Positions 37,430 to 50,671 of a stretch of DNA of 64,000 nt are shown here, one piece after another (positions within the stretch are counted from its first letter, which is position 1; the number at the start of each line of letters is the position of its first letter). The translations under genes were made by a program, and so were the position numbers. Below the pieces are notes generated by a model. That model did no database searches. It worked only from the letters and a program-made list of their open reading frames with translations, and had not been told where the DNA came from. This stretch comes from Eledone cirrhosa (taxonomy: Eukaryota), in NCBI GenBank assembly GCA_964016885.1, contig OZ024740.1, positions 366,730,001 to 366,794,000 on the forward strand, written 5' to 3'.

Positions 37430-38490
37430 AGCCATGTTTAAGCTGGCATTAGCTTTGCGGGCGTATCTTTCGTCGGTAACCTCGTGCCGCGTCCTCGTCA
37501 GCAGGGTTCTTCAAAACACAACAGAACCTTCTGTGTTCAGAGAACGTGAGGCCGCCTGTGAGACGTGGGGCCGGCTGGGACTTAGCCCAGTAGACGTCCC
37601 TCCTCCTTCCCCCCCCCCCCCCTGTTGACGTCAAGTCCCCCAACGCACTTGGGATGCCATCCAGTGCAGCCTGGCCTCAGACAGGCTCACGCGCCAGCTC
37701 GACCAGCACCGCCTTGCTTGTTTTCGTGCGGCCCCCAAACCCTACAGTGGTGCCTGGCTCCATGCCCTGCCCTCCTTCTCCACTAGCACGCAGCTAGACA
37801 ACCATAGTCTGCGCATCGGCGTTTCCCTGAGGCTTTGCCTCCGGATCTGCCAGCCACACCAATGTCGCTGCGGTTCCACCGTGGACTCTTTCGGCCTCCA
37901 TCCGCTTTCCTGTAGCCACAGTGCCGGCTGCATTCCATGCCATGCTGGCCTCAACGAGGTCATTAAGCATGGCTTGGACGCTGCAGGCTTCCCTTCCCAG
38001 CTCGAGCCGGTGGGGCTGGATCGAGGGGACGGCAAAGGCCAGATGGCATGACCATCTTCCCGTTCCGCGGTGGCAAACCCCTCGTCTGGAATGCCACTTA
38101 CACCGACACTTTCTGCAGCCGCAACCTGGTGCAGACTGCGACTGACCCAGGTTCTGCTGCACGTCGGGCTGAGGGGGCCTAACTCCTCAAATACGGTCGC
38201 TCTCTGACAGGTTTTCGGTCGTACCCCTGGCAGTGGAGACTTCTGGTGTCCTCGGCCCTAGGGCTACCTCCTTACTCACCACGATAGGCGCTGAGCTGGC
38301 CAGCCGAGGGTGTGAGCCCCGCGAGTTGGAGTGGCTTTTCCAGCGCGTCTCCCTTGCCGTCCTCTTGGGAAACGCCTTCTCCATTCTGTCCGCCGGGGCT
38401 GTGGGTGGGCCCCATCGCGTACCGTTGTAGTTGTTGTATACAGATATTAATTCATCAATCCCATTGTCCTAATCCAAAAACATATATACA
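37430..38490 (+). mobile_element. CRE-clade-like non-LTR retrotransposon 3' fragment (Zn knuckle + RLE), GC-rich
   Basis: Hand translation gives SGAWLHALPS..LRIGVSLRL..PHQCRCGSTVDSFGLHPLSC..LEPVGLDRGDGK..DGMT..VPLAVETSGVLG..WLFQRVSLAVLLGNA. Confidence 0.8.
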
Positions 38491-38794
38491 TATTATATAT
38501 ATATATAAGGAATACTACATTTAATATAGCCTTCAAGTAAATTTATATAGTGTTTTATCATATTCTTGTGTTCTACGAAGCAGGTAATTATTTGGTACTG
38601 CTACGCTAAAAAAATAGTCTTCCGGTTAATTTATATGGAGATTATCTTTTGTCGACGCAATTCTATTATTTTATTAAATAAATAATTATTTTAAAGTCTT
38701 AAGTTTTATTTCTTATAGAAATTGCAATGAATTTTAGTTTATCAACTAATTATTAATTTATATGTAAAAATATTTTCTTGATTTAAGATAGCTG

Positions 38795-38991
38795 AAGCTG
38801 TAAATTGATCATAAAAATATTCAGTTTATTGACAGAATTTTGAAAAATTACAATGTCGATAGAAACCTGTATAGCTTTTCACGTAATATGTTTACAATAT
38901 TACGTGAAAAGCTATACAGGTTTCTATCGACATTGTAATTTTTCAAAATTCTGTCAATAATCTGTATATTTTTATGATCAATTTACAGCTT
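38795..38991. repeat. About 195-bp near-perfect palindrome with a 7-nt loop; no HHR seen
   Basis: aagctgtaaattgatcataaaaata...acgtaatat(gtttaca)atattacgt...tatttttatgatcaatttacagctt. Confidence 0.92.
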
Positions 38992-41065
38992 TAGTAAATA
39001 TTTTGTTGTGGCCATGTATCAAGTGATGAAGAAATATGTCTGTTTGCTTCTGCCACACATAGAGGAACCCCATATTATTATCCAGCTGTCTGTTCTAAAC
39101 CCAGATCCCTAAGTGTTTGCATATGATATATGTTTGAATGGGTTAAATTTTCAAATTAAATAGCATATCGAAGTCTGTGGAGAAAATATTTTGATTTAGA
39201 AAGAAAGATGATCCCAATTGTCTGGTGTGGCTTAACAGACTATTACAGAGAGGTGCCTGAGTATTGATACATGAAATAAGTTTCATAATGGTTGAGTTTG
39301 TTATAAACTATACTTGGTGATATGAGCACACACATATTCAGCATATTTTTAGTTAACATAAATGTTCTAACAGGACTGTAACAACTTTTATGCAACGGAG
39401 CATGCAACAGACCTGGGGAAAATTTGGTGTGAGTTTAAAAGAACTTCAAGGGAAGGCTTTAACAACACGTCAGATATGGTGAAAGGAAATTGTTAGTCTA
39501 ATCAAGTATTCACCAAAGATGGAGAATTTACTTAATAAATTCAAAGAGAAACACATGGAAGAATTTAAACGCAAATTGATGTCTACTGCTTGACTCAATT
39601 CTTGATAATTATTCGGCTCTATTAGGGTGTTGGTAAGAAGATATACAGTTGCAAGTGAGTGCTAATGGCTGTGGTCGTATAATGAGATATTAGGCTTAAA
39701 TCGAAATGTTTAATTTTTTCTTTGGGTTAAATCACAACCGACTCTTGTACTCGTATACAGAACATTTATCAAATCACTATGAGTAGTTAAAATATTAACA
39801 GCTAGACAGAGGATGACTGATATTATTCACTTGTGAAAACAAAGCTTCACAAATCAGTAACAGCACATTTGAACCTATGCTACAATCTCACAAGAAAGTT
39901 GGTCTCAAAATGTTGCTCAAAACGATTCAAAGTACCTCGAAATTGTCAAAGCCTTTTTCAAAAACTCTTCTTCAAATTTATTTAGCTCTTCTCACAGACT
40001 CAAATTTTCATAATTTTGTGATTTGAAAATTGTTATTTATAGTTCTGAAAAGGTAGTAGTACGGAAGCGAAAAGCTGCTCCGGAATTGAAATTGAAAATG
40101 GGGAAGCTACATTTCCGTAGGTAATTCAAAGCCATGGCTGATACGAATTTTTGGGCCGGGGATATATTAATCAATTTTATCGATAAACGTTTTGCTCAAG
40201 CCCAAAACTAAGTATATTCATGGCTGGTGATCAACAAAGGTGATCAACAAAGGGAACGTTATCAGAATTCAATTTTATAAAGGAAGAATGCACCGAGGAC
40301 ATTGATATTAATTCTTTAATGGTTCATTTTCCGCCAAGTGAATCTTCTGTGGATTGGTTGACATCATAGACCATCTGAATAAAAAAGCAACAGCAACAAA
40401 AAGCAGATGAAAAGCGTCTAATATCAGAAATTTGTAAGATTTATCAAATTTTAGTGTTAATTCCTATAATATTTGCTACGTTTGAACTAATCTAGCAAAA
40501 TGATTAAATACATGGTTTCAGTGAAGAATGATAACACAAATTATATTCTCAAGTTATCATTTCTTACAAAGAAGGTACCAACAAAATCAATCTGATTATA
40601 GTTGTTGTGAGATTTACCTCACCCCCTACCCCCTCCATAGGTAACAGAATTTCGGCGAATTCGATTTGCTTTGATAGAACATTGGGTTAACTAATAACAT
40701 AATTACGACTGAATGGCATTCAAAAACTGACGTTTTACTAAACATATTTTATAAGTTTTAATGGTGCCTTTCATACTTTCAGTTACAAAATACTATACGT
40801 TACAGAGAAATCATGTATTTTTTATGTCTAACTTTTAATATTAATGTGCATTTAAATGTCTACATTTAAAAGCATGGACGTTAGCATATATGTTGGCCAT
40901 CTTCCCTGGATGTTAACAACTCTTATAGTAACAACTTCGCAGTACATGATATATAATACATATATTTCTAAGCAATTCTTTTACATATTGTCTCATACTT
41001 CCTGCATGTTAAGTTTTGAAGAAGGCAAATAACTGAGGTTGTGATGTTCACTCGTGTCGCCAGCT

Positions 41066-41119
<54 letters not shown>

Positions 41120-41386
41120 GAGGCACGTGACCTAGTGATAAGCGTGTTGGACTTACGGTCATAATGTCGTGAGTACGATTCCTAGGTTGCGTTTTGTGTT
41201 TTTGAGCAAAACACTTCATTTCACGTTGCTCCAGTATACTCAGCTGAAAATGAGTACCAGAAATAGCTGGGGGTTTAACCCTGCGATGGACTAGCGTCAT
41301 GTCCCGGGGAGAGTCTTGTACTCTCAGTCGCTTCACGCCATGAAACCGGGATAAGCACCGGCCAAATGAGTCTTCTGGCTTAAGAC

Positions 41387-41393
<7 letters not shown>
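41120..41393 (+). mobile_element. tRNA-derived SINE (family B head, different 3' half)
   Basis: gacctagtgataag..gagtacgattcc..gagcaaaacacttcatttcacgttgctccagt..ccctgcgatggactagcgtc, sitting between (TA)n tracts. Confidence 0.75.
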
Positions 41394-41481
<88 letters not shown>

Positions 41482-41759
41482 CAACTGATTTCAACTGCCC
41501 TTCTCTTTAGAAGGTTGCGTGATTCTGTCACAGTATGAAACTGCCATCACTATCACTGTGACGTATCAGCTCAACTCTGGCAGTCTCTCGGATAAAAATA
41601 TTCCGTTTAGATTAAGACTGAACTCCCCCGGATATGTTACGCCAGTCCTAGTTATGTAATATTTGGAAATTTGCATGATTTCTATGAGTAAAACATGCTG
41701 ATGTAACTGTTGTGCACAGGATGTGGCATTGAAACTCTACAGATCGGGTCTATTAATTG

Positions 41760-42255
41760 TACCCACACTAAGGCGTTTATCTACTAATTAATGTATAGTG
41801 TTTACTCTGGGTTACAAATTCGTATTTACAACATGCGATTTTTGTAAATTCATCGAGTGAATACATAGCAGCCGAGCTAGACGGATTGTAAACAGATAGC
41901 TGCTTTAAACTTTCAATTATGTCCGCCAAACATAATTCACAGGAGCGTCTTTCATTCCGGTACGGACGGGCGAATTTCAGCATGGACCATTGTAGTGTGT
42001 ATTCAATATTAACGCGCTTCAGATCCCAGATTTCTTTCACCAGGGCCGTAGATCTAGCTAAACTGGGGTTTTTAAACGTGTGGGTGTGCACCTACCATCT
42101 TGAAAATATTCGAAGTGGCACCCACATATTTTTACATATATATATAAACTAAGTTTAACGAAACTATCCCTTTCAATTCCGCCTAGCTCGGCCGCTATCT
42201 ACACTCGATGAATTTACAAAAATCGTATGTTTTAAATACGAATTTGTAACCTGTA
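41760..42255 (-). mobile_element. Second Penelope-like GIY-YIG 3' fragment with an inverted arm
   Basis: KYVGATSNIFK / HTFKNPSLARSTALVKEIWDLK..YTLQWSMLKFARPY..CELCLAD. About 41809-41910 is inverted at about 42150-42251. Confidence 0.8.
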
Positions 42256-42441
42256 TATGTTTGTGTGTGAGTTTGTGTATAATTGGTGCAGTAAGACGCA
42301 TGTTGGAACCATGTATTTGTGTATGCAGTGTGTGAACATTTATATATATGAAAAAAAAAAAAAATTACTATACGATTTGAAAAACGTTGAGATTGGAACA
42401 ACTTATTTTTTCTTTCGTTCTTCCTTTCTTCCACTCTCTCT

Positions 42442-42810
<369 letters not shown>

Positions 42811-43786
42811 TAATTTTAAATATCGAAAGCAAATTTAACGGATAACAATCACTGACATTCACGTGATCAAAATACAATTTATATTATTTTGTATGTTTGC
42901 AAAAAAAAAAAGGGGGGGGGGGGGCGGATAGGTAATATGTAAATACAATTCGTGAGGAAGAAATTGATAGAAGCAACTGAATTGATTCTGATTATATTTT
43001 GAATTGACATAAACGAAAACGTGATAAAAATTCCTAGTAATTTTACCAATGCAAGTGACACATTCTAATTTTTCAAATATAAGAACAATATAATTTGAGG
43101 ATAGATTTGGTTAGTATATCTAGCAGGTCGATCCATCACCTTCGTGGTCACGTTGCTATTTGGATATATTGGTCAATTTAGTCTGATAATTGCTTTTATC
43201 ATAGGTTTGCTCATGCAAGCCTAGCCCGGAAGTTATAAAACAACAAGACCAACAACAAAAAGAAACAAACACCCCATCTCCACCCCACAAAAACGTTAAT
43301 GGCAACTGCAGTAGTAACAAGCAACCCCCCCCCCCCCAAAAAAAAAAGACCAACAACAAAAAAAAAAGAACAAATAAAAAGGCAACAAAATGGCAGTCGT
43401 TATAGCGTCGTTAATTGCGGTATTTGTTTCGCCTCCTTTGCTCTATGTCTAAATCTCGCTGACGTCCACTTTGCTTTTCCTCCGTTCGAGGTCAAGAAAG
43501 AAATAGCAGTCCAGGGTGGTGGACTAGTGGATTTGTTAGGGCGTTGGACATGATACTCCTGTTGTTTGCGTTCTGAGTTCAAATCTCTCTTGGGTGGCAC
43601 ACTTAGGTGGTTGATAATCCGGCGCTTCAATAAACACCCCCACCAGGTCCTTGGGTGATTTTACTACAAGAATTCGGATCCGGTCTCCACTACTTCTTTC
43701 TTTACTACTGGGCTTTTAAAAAGGGTGATGAGCATAGCCATTTCATCTGTGAATAAACAGTAAAAAGTAACGAGCATATACTCTTA

Positions 43787-43835
<49 letters not shown>

Positions 43836-45499
43836 GCATACATAGGTACGTGCGCAAATAGAAACACAGACACACACACATATTTCCAGACATGCTCGAG
43901 TTAAATGGCTATCTGCACAACTTTCTCCATCCGAGCTCGTTTGATATACTTTTTTCCAATTTCCACTTTTCCTTCCTGCCCACCTTTCCTTACTACACAC
44001 ATCTTAAACACGTTTTAACTGAACCCTAACCGTATAAATCTTCTCAGTCTCAACAAGAGTCAACAGGTATTGGAAGTGGCTCTCTATTAAGGCCGCGATT
44101 TTAATTTCATATAGTTCCATAACTTGGTGATGTTGGATGAGGTTATATTATAGACAAGATTAGATGTGACGGAAAAGCTGTTTTAACAGTATTTCTGCGA
44201 AGAAAAGATGTTTGCCATTGGGGTGACCACATCCATATTGTATGGTAGGTTATACAAACTAATACGCTTGGTTCTATTGTATTCCTACTTCTATATATAT
44301 ATATATTACATTCATTCATGCTATAAAATTAGAAGGTATTATGTAATTTAAAAAACAAGCCCCCCCCCAGTATTATGCGAGTTCTGAAAATTACTGTAAT
44401 CCTCTACATGTAGCCCAATCTTGCAAACCTATTGTGTACGTAGTTGGTAAATCTGTAAGAAATAGCCTACCTTTTTAGAAAGGAATATGCTGGATAATGT
44501 TGGATAATATTCTCTACACTGAGGGAATAGATCGATGACCATGGCTGGGTTGGCTTTTTCCATAGGTCTGCATGATCCTTGCGAAACTAGCGTTATACAT
44601 CAACAAAAGTAACATCTCACCAGTCTCGTTGTAAGTAAACGAAGTAAACTCTATATAGTCACATGATCTGCTAAAAATATTAACCAAATTTTCCTCACGC
44701 AATGTTGTTTTTTAAAATTCGCCGACATAGATAAGCGTGATAATAATAATAAAAAAAATAACAGAAACAAGAATAGTTGCAGTTGAAAGAAATTTGCTCA
44801 GAGTTGAATAACAACAAAAGGCTAGTCGGGGGTTAAATCATGACAACAACAATAAGATCTCACCCGTCTGGAAGAGATGCAAACAGCCTATGCATTTTTC
44901 CTTTTGTCCCCCCCCCCTTTGATAAATTTATAAAAATAAAAAAGAAACCCAAAGAGCTATGAATATGAGTACAACTAAATTTAAACCAACTAAGACAATA
45001 CTTGCGCATGTCTACGTAGAACACACACGTGTAAACATGCATGTACACACGTGCAGACATACATACGTACATACGTACACACTTACATGTACATACGCAT
45101 AGACATAGTTCTGCATAAAGATAACGAAGAGGCATGACTTAACTTTGAAGTATGAAAAGAACCCAAAACACTCCGCTGTAGGCTTCAGAGGTTTCCGTTG
45201 ACCACAGACTTTGCATGTAGATCTATAAGACGAAAACAGTCTTATGTAATAGTAATGATAAGGATACTGCAAATGACACTTAATACAATACAGTGTTTGA
45301 CTGTATTTACCAAGCAGCGCAAGCAATATTGTATATATAAAACATTTGGTAATTATAAGACGAGAATGTAAAAAAAAAAGAGAAGCTTATATGCAACGTT
45401 AACAAGATCAATGGCGAATAAATAAAAGCAGAAAAAGTTTAAAACAAACAAAAAATATAATACCGTAGATAAATAAAAAGATAGAAAACATAGCAACAC

Positions 45500-45670
45500 A
45501 AGAACAATGGCTTGTCTAAATGGTGAGCTAAAGAAGGAAATTGAAACTCTGATAATGTCTCAAGAAGCCATTGGAAGAAATCCTATTTACACAAAAACTC
45601 ACACAAGTCAGTAAGATGTGTGAAAAAGCAGACGCACCTGTCACCTACATCGTGTGTGAATGTAACACAA
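45500..45670 (+). mobile_element. Short decayed R4/Dong-like fragment
   Basis: GELKKEIETLIMSQEA and CEKADAPVTYIVCEC resemble GDLKKATEGMLMAAQEQA..CGEREETVAHIVSEC of the Dong copies. Confidence 0.5.
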
Positions 45671-46559
45671 TGAAATTAAAAAGAAAAATGAAAGTTAGTA
45701 AAAAGTTTACAACTTTTCACAATTTCACACAACATAGAATCCACGCCTTTGACTAGGTTTATTATCTTACACTATTACACATTATAGCCTTATGAAGAAA
45801 TCCTAAACAGCTGCTCAAGAGACTTTGAGAAATTGTGGCTTGCATAACAGAACATAAACATCTGTATAAAATTAAATCTCCTCTTAAGCTATAAAAAAAC
45901 AAGCAGGTCCAGTAAAAGATATTAGTTTCTTCTTTGATTCAGTACTAAACTATCATTGTAGTGCTTCCGGATATGGCCAATTCACTTATATTTTTTTTAA
46001 ATTATTTATTACCACAATGTCAATAATATTTCGTAAATTCTCTGTTATTTCAACGACTGGACTGATTCCAAGGTAACCTTTATACAGTATATTTAAACAT
46101 GAGTGTATGTCCGTTAAACATATACATATACACCAGGTCCGAACACAAAAGAACCAAACTCCAACTGTCACTGCCTCCATCTCTCCCGCTCTCCCAGTCT
46201 CTCACTATTATGAGCAAATGGGGGTCCACGCGCTTGCCGTCCCGCGGCCCCGATGGAAAGAATAGAGAAGGCTGATCCATCATATCAGCAAACGAATGCA
46301 GGAGAAGAGTCTTTAAAAAAACAAAAAAAAACAAAACAACAACACCAGGTGGGTGATCGAGGCATGTCAATGAAATACTAAATACATTTATAGGGCCACA
46401 AAGAAAAAGAAAACCACAAGAGTTAACACCAGCATCAGAAGGGAAGAAGAAATACATGGTACCACCGCAAGCATGGTCTACCATTATCAATAAGGAACTC
46501 AGCAGCTTATCAAAAATGCAACTGAAAATCATTGGAATTGATAAGTCTGTATATCTTCG

Positions 46560-47367
46560 TCAACCACTGTACCCGTGGCCCCGCAGACAAGGAACGATTT
46601 CTTCTGTCCTGACTATCATCGAAGTTGCGACCGGTGGTGCTGCAGCAGCAATGGATCTCTTTCTCCGAGGCTTACTGATGCTGCTGCTTTTACTGTTGTC
46701 CGCTGCCAACTTTCCTCCCTGGACTGAAAGTTTTCCGACCACCCTCGGACTTGCAGCTGGTAATATGTCTGGTGGTGCATTGGTACAGTAGGATCCGAGA
46801 TCTGTTGTAGCTCATTCTACTGATTTTTGCTTTTCTAGTTCATCAGCTAATGGCTGTTGGTGCCACAGGAGTAAGAGCTGAACTTGCCGCTACACACCAA
46901 CAGTCTCATTGCTTTTATTTTACCACCCATGTCTCAGCACAAGTCCAGAATGACCTATCTCTATTACATGCCTTTTTTAGATACTTTTTGACATATGCTG
47001 CACATATTGCACTAAAACATGTTTTTTCCCCCTCAACGACAGCGTTTAGAGGCACATGACCTGGTTTTATGTGTACGGGGATCTCCAAACATATCTCCGA
47101 CCAGTGTTCCCTTTGGGTGCCCTTGACAACCAAGAGCGTGTCGCTACCTTCTTGTACCACACAGACCATGATCCACCAGATGTCCAATCCTGGCGGGTTA
47201 CCGATGATCCTGCCCCTTACTATTCTTCTAGCTTGATATGAAGGGCATAACACAAATTGGTCTGTCCGAAGGGAGACCACAGAATGCCTGACGATAAGAG
47301 CTTCGCTTTTGAAGAGCACTGAAATGACCGCATATTGCCTTGTTCTAGCTATATACTCTACGACCAA
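46560..47367 (-). pseudogene. Possible decayed LINE ORF1 (gag-like)
   Basis: RIIGNPPGLDIWWI..HWSEICLEI..AVVEGEKTCF; resemblance only. Confidence 0.3.
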
Positions 47368-47574
47368 TAATAATCAATAATACTTACTACCTCCACCATT
47401 AACCCTCCTCCACCACCACTCGCACGACCAATAAAAACAAAAATAAAACAACAACAATAAAAACAACATGAAATAGGTACTTAATTGAAAAAGAGCAAAA
47501 AAAAAGAAGCTAGTTGTAAAAAAATAAAAATAAAAATGAAGGTGACGGAGGACTATCAAAACCAATTAGCAGTA

Positions 47575-47718
47575 CTAGGTTGGTACGTTTTTTCATCGAC
47601 TTCGAAAGGATAAAGTTAAAATTGATCTTAGTGGGATTTGAGCTCAGTGTACAGTGAACCGAAACAAATACCACAAAGCCTTCTATCCGAGGTCCTAAGA
47701 CTCTGCCAATTCGCTGCT
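47575..47718 (-). mobile_element. Decayed SINE family A
   Basis: tggtac..catcgac..aaggataaag..gggatttgagctca..ctgccaattcgc. Confidence 0.6.
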
Positions 47719-48138
47719 TGAAGACAGGTCACGGAGACATAGAAATACAATGGAAAACACGTGCCCAGGGGCAGGCAAAGAAACAATGGAAAAGAACAGA
47801 ATGCATGGACGGGTCTGAAATGAAATTTACCGTAAAAGTAATCACGTTAATTAATGGTAGTTGCTTCGTGATGTGATATACGGAGTAGTTGTGGAGTGTG
47901 CGGTGGGGGATTTAGTAATGTGAGACTGAATTGAGGTTCGTATTACACTTGTAATTTTATCACCAGTTTACTTTGCTTGCCTACCCACCTGCCAACCTGC
48001 CGAGCTACCTCTTTACCTATATAACAATCTACCTACATAACATTTACACATGTAGGTGCATATATGTATATGTATTTACGTGTGTGTCTGAGTGTGTACA
48101 TGTAAATTATTAAAGTACACTCACATACAAATACATAC

Positions 48139-48259
<121 letters not shown>

Positions 48260-48504
48260 TTTGGTAATTTGATACGTATAAACCTCTCACTGACAAGGTA
48301 CATGTTAATTTGTCATAGGGAGGCATCTATTCTATGAGAATGCTTCATAATGAATTGGGTATTTGTGAGGGATATGTCCAAAGTTAATGTGAAATTAGAA
48401 GCCGGAGAGAACTAATCTCATGTATAGCTATTAATGAAAAATGCATATATTTATCATGTGGTATATAGGTTTGTATGCGTATATAGGTTTCTAGGCAACT
48501 GACA

Positions 48505-48900
48505 TTTTGGTTAGGGTGTTCAGCTCATGATCGTAAGGTCATGAGTTCGATTCCTGTTGGCAAATATGAGATATACGTGTAATTCAAGGGGCTAGCCTTG
48601 TCATACATTGTGTCTCGCTGAATTATCTTGAGAACTAGGTTAAGGGTGCTTGTGTCTGTGTAATGTTCAGACACGTAGACTGTAGTTTCACAAGCAGACA
48701 TTACCGTTAATTGAATCAACTGGAGCACTCGTTGTCAGAAAAACAGAGGTCCAACATTAACAAGACATGCATAGATATGAGTCAGAAATATGAGGAGTTG
48801 GGCTACTTGATGGGTACTTTTTTACCAACGCCGAAAGGATGAAAGACAAAGTTGACCTCGACCGGATTTCAACTCGGAACATTAGGCATTTTATCCGACA
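48505..48900. mobile_element. SINE family B fragment (+, to about 48760) and family A fragment (-, about 48805-48900)
   Basis: gagttcgattcc..gtaattcaaggggctagccttgtca for family B; ggatgaaagacaaagttgacctcg for family A. Confidence 0.65.
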
Positions 48901-48930
48901 CACACGCGCACACACACACAGACACACAGA

Positions 48931-49038
<108 letters not shown>

Positions 49039-49688
49039 CACACATGCACATATAATTAAAGAAATGACAATACAGATTCAAAAACAAAGTCTTATTAATA
49101 TCATGCTCAGGAGGAAGTTTGGGTGATTATGCGTTTAACTGGTCTGTGGATCAAACTGCCCATTCTACACGAAAAATGACTTAAAGTATTCTGCAACGTA
49201 TGTCCTCTAGGATGAACTAATTTGCAATAAATTTGATGTAATACGTCTCTTGCAATAAACGATTGTATAAATCAGATTATTTCTCAATAAAGAGACCAGC
49301 TGTTACAGCACACGCACACATACCTACATGCACTAAGGTACACACACACTCACCCACACAAATAGGCACAAGGAACGTTTTCACATATAGGCCCAATTTG
49401 ACCAGCTAGAAATAACAGCTAACACGTTTGTGTCTGTGTCCGTGCTTATGTTCGATAACAACGGTTCAAAAAAATTAAGAGATCGCTAAAATATGTACTA
49501 AGTCATCGATGTTGTCCAAGGGGATGGTTAGGATCGATACAGCTTGGCATATGACTTGCATTTAAGCAAATCCGCATTTGGTACCTGCAGACGGGTATCG
49601 AGTATTTCAACTCAAAGTGTAGTGGTACTGAAATAGGTCTTCTGTCAGAAAAAATCTAACAGAGTTGCGCGAAACTTATTTTTCTTCA

Positions 49689-49732
<44 letters not shown>

Positions 49733-50044
49733 TTACTACAAAAGTAACAACAACAGCAGCAACAACAACAGTACCAATGATACTGCTAGTGTTGCTCATG
49801 GTGATGATGGTAAAAATAATTATGATGATGTCATTACTATCAACGTCATCATCATCATCATTATCATACTACTAGTACTACTACAATAAATCTTGCTGCA
49901 GTTGCTCGTAATGGTGGTGATGATGATGATGACGATTATGTTAATAATGATGATGATGATGATGATGTTGATGAAAATATTAATGATGATGTCACACATG
50001 CAAACATGTGAAAACACAAGCACCGTTATTTAGAAGTTGCTATC

Positions 50045-50640
50045 TTGACTGATGATGGCGGCGGTGAGGTTGCTAGTAGCTATGATGGTGGTGGTAGTGG
50101 TGATGGTGGTAGTGGTGGTGGTGGTGGTGAGGTTGGTAGTAGCTATGATGGTGGTGGTAGTGGTGATGGTGGTAGTGGTGGTGGTGGTGGTGAGGTTGGT
50201 AGTAGCTATGATGGTGGTGGTGGTACTGGTGGTGGTGGTGGTGGTGCTGGTGAATAATAGCGGCGATGAGGTTGCTAGTAGCTATGATGGTGGTGGTAGT
50301 GGTGATGGTGGCGGTGGTGGTGGTGGTGGTGGTGAGGTTGGTAGTAGCTATGATGGTGGTGGTGGTACTGGTGGTGGTGGTGGTGGTGGTACTAGTGGTG
50401 GTGGTGGTGGTGAGGTTGGTAGTAGCTATGATGGTGGTGGTGGTACTGGTGGTGGTGGTGGTGGTGCTGGTGAATAATAGCGGCGGTGAGGTTGCTAGTA
50501 GCTATGATGGTGGTGGTACTGGTGGTTCTGGTGATGGTGGTGGTGGTGGTACTAGTGGTGGTAGTTGTGGTGCTGGTAAATAATAGCGGCGGTGAGGTTG
50601 CTAGTAGCTATGATGGTGGTGGTACTGGTGATAGTGGTGG

Positions 50641-50671
<31 letters not shown>

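Noticed and set aside
39000-40500. Decayed coding sequence of a DNA transposon or virus
   Set aside because: It has coding-like texture, but no ORF of 60 aa or more and no motif I can identify.
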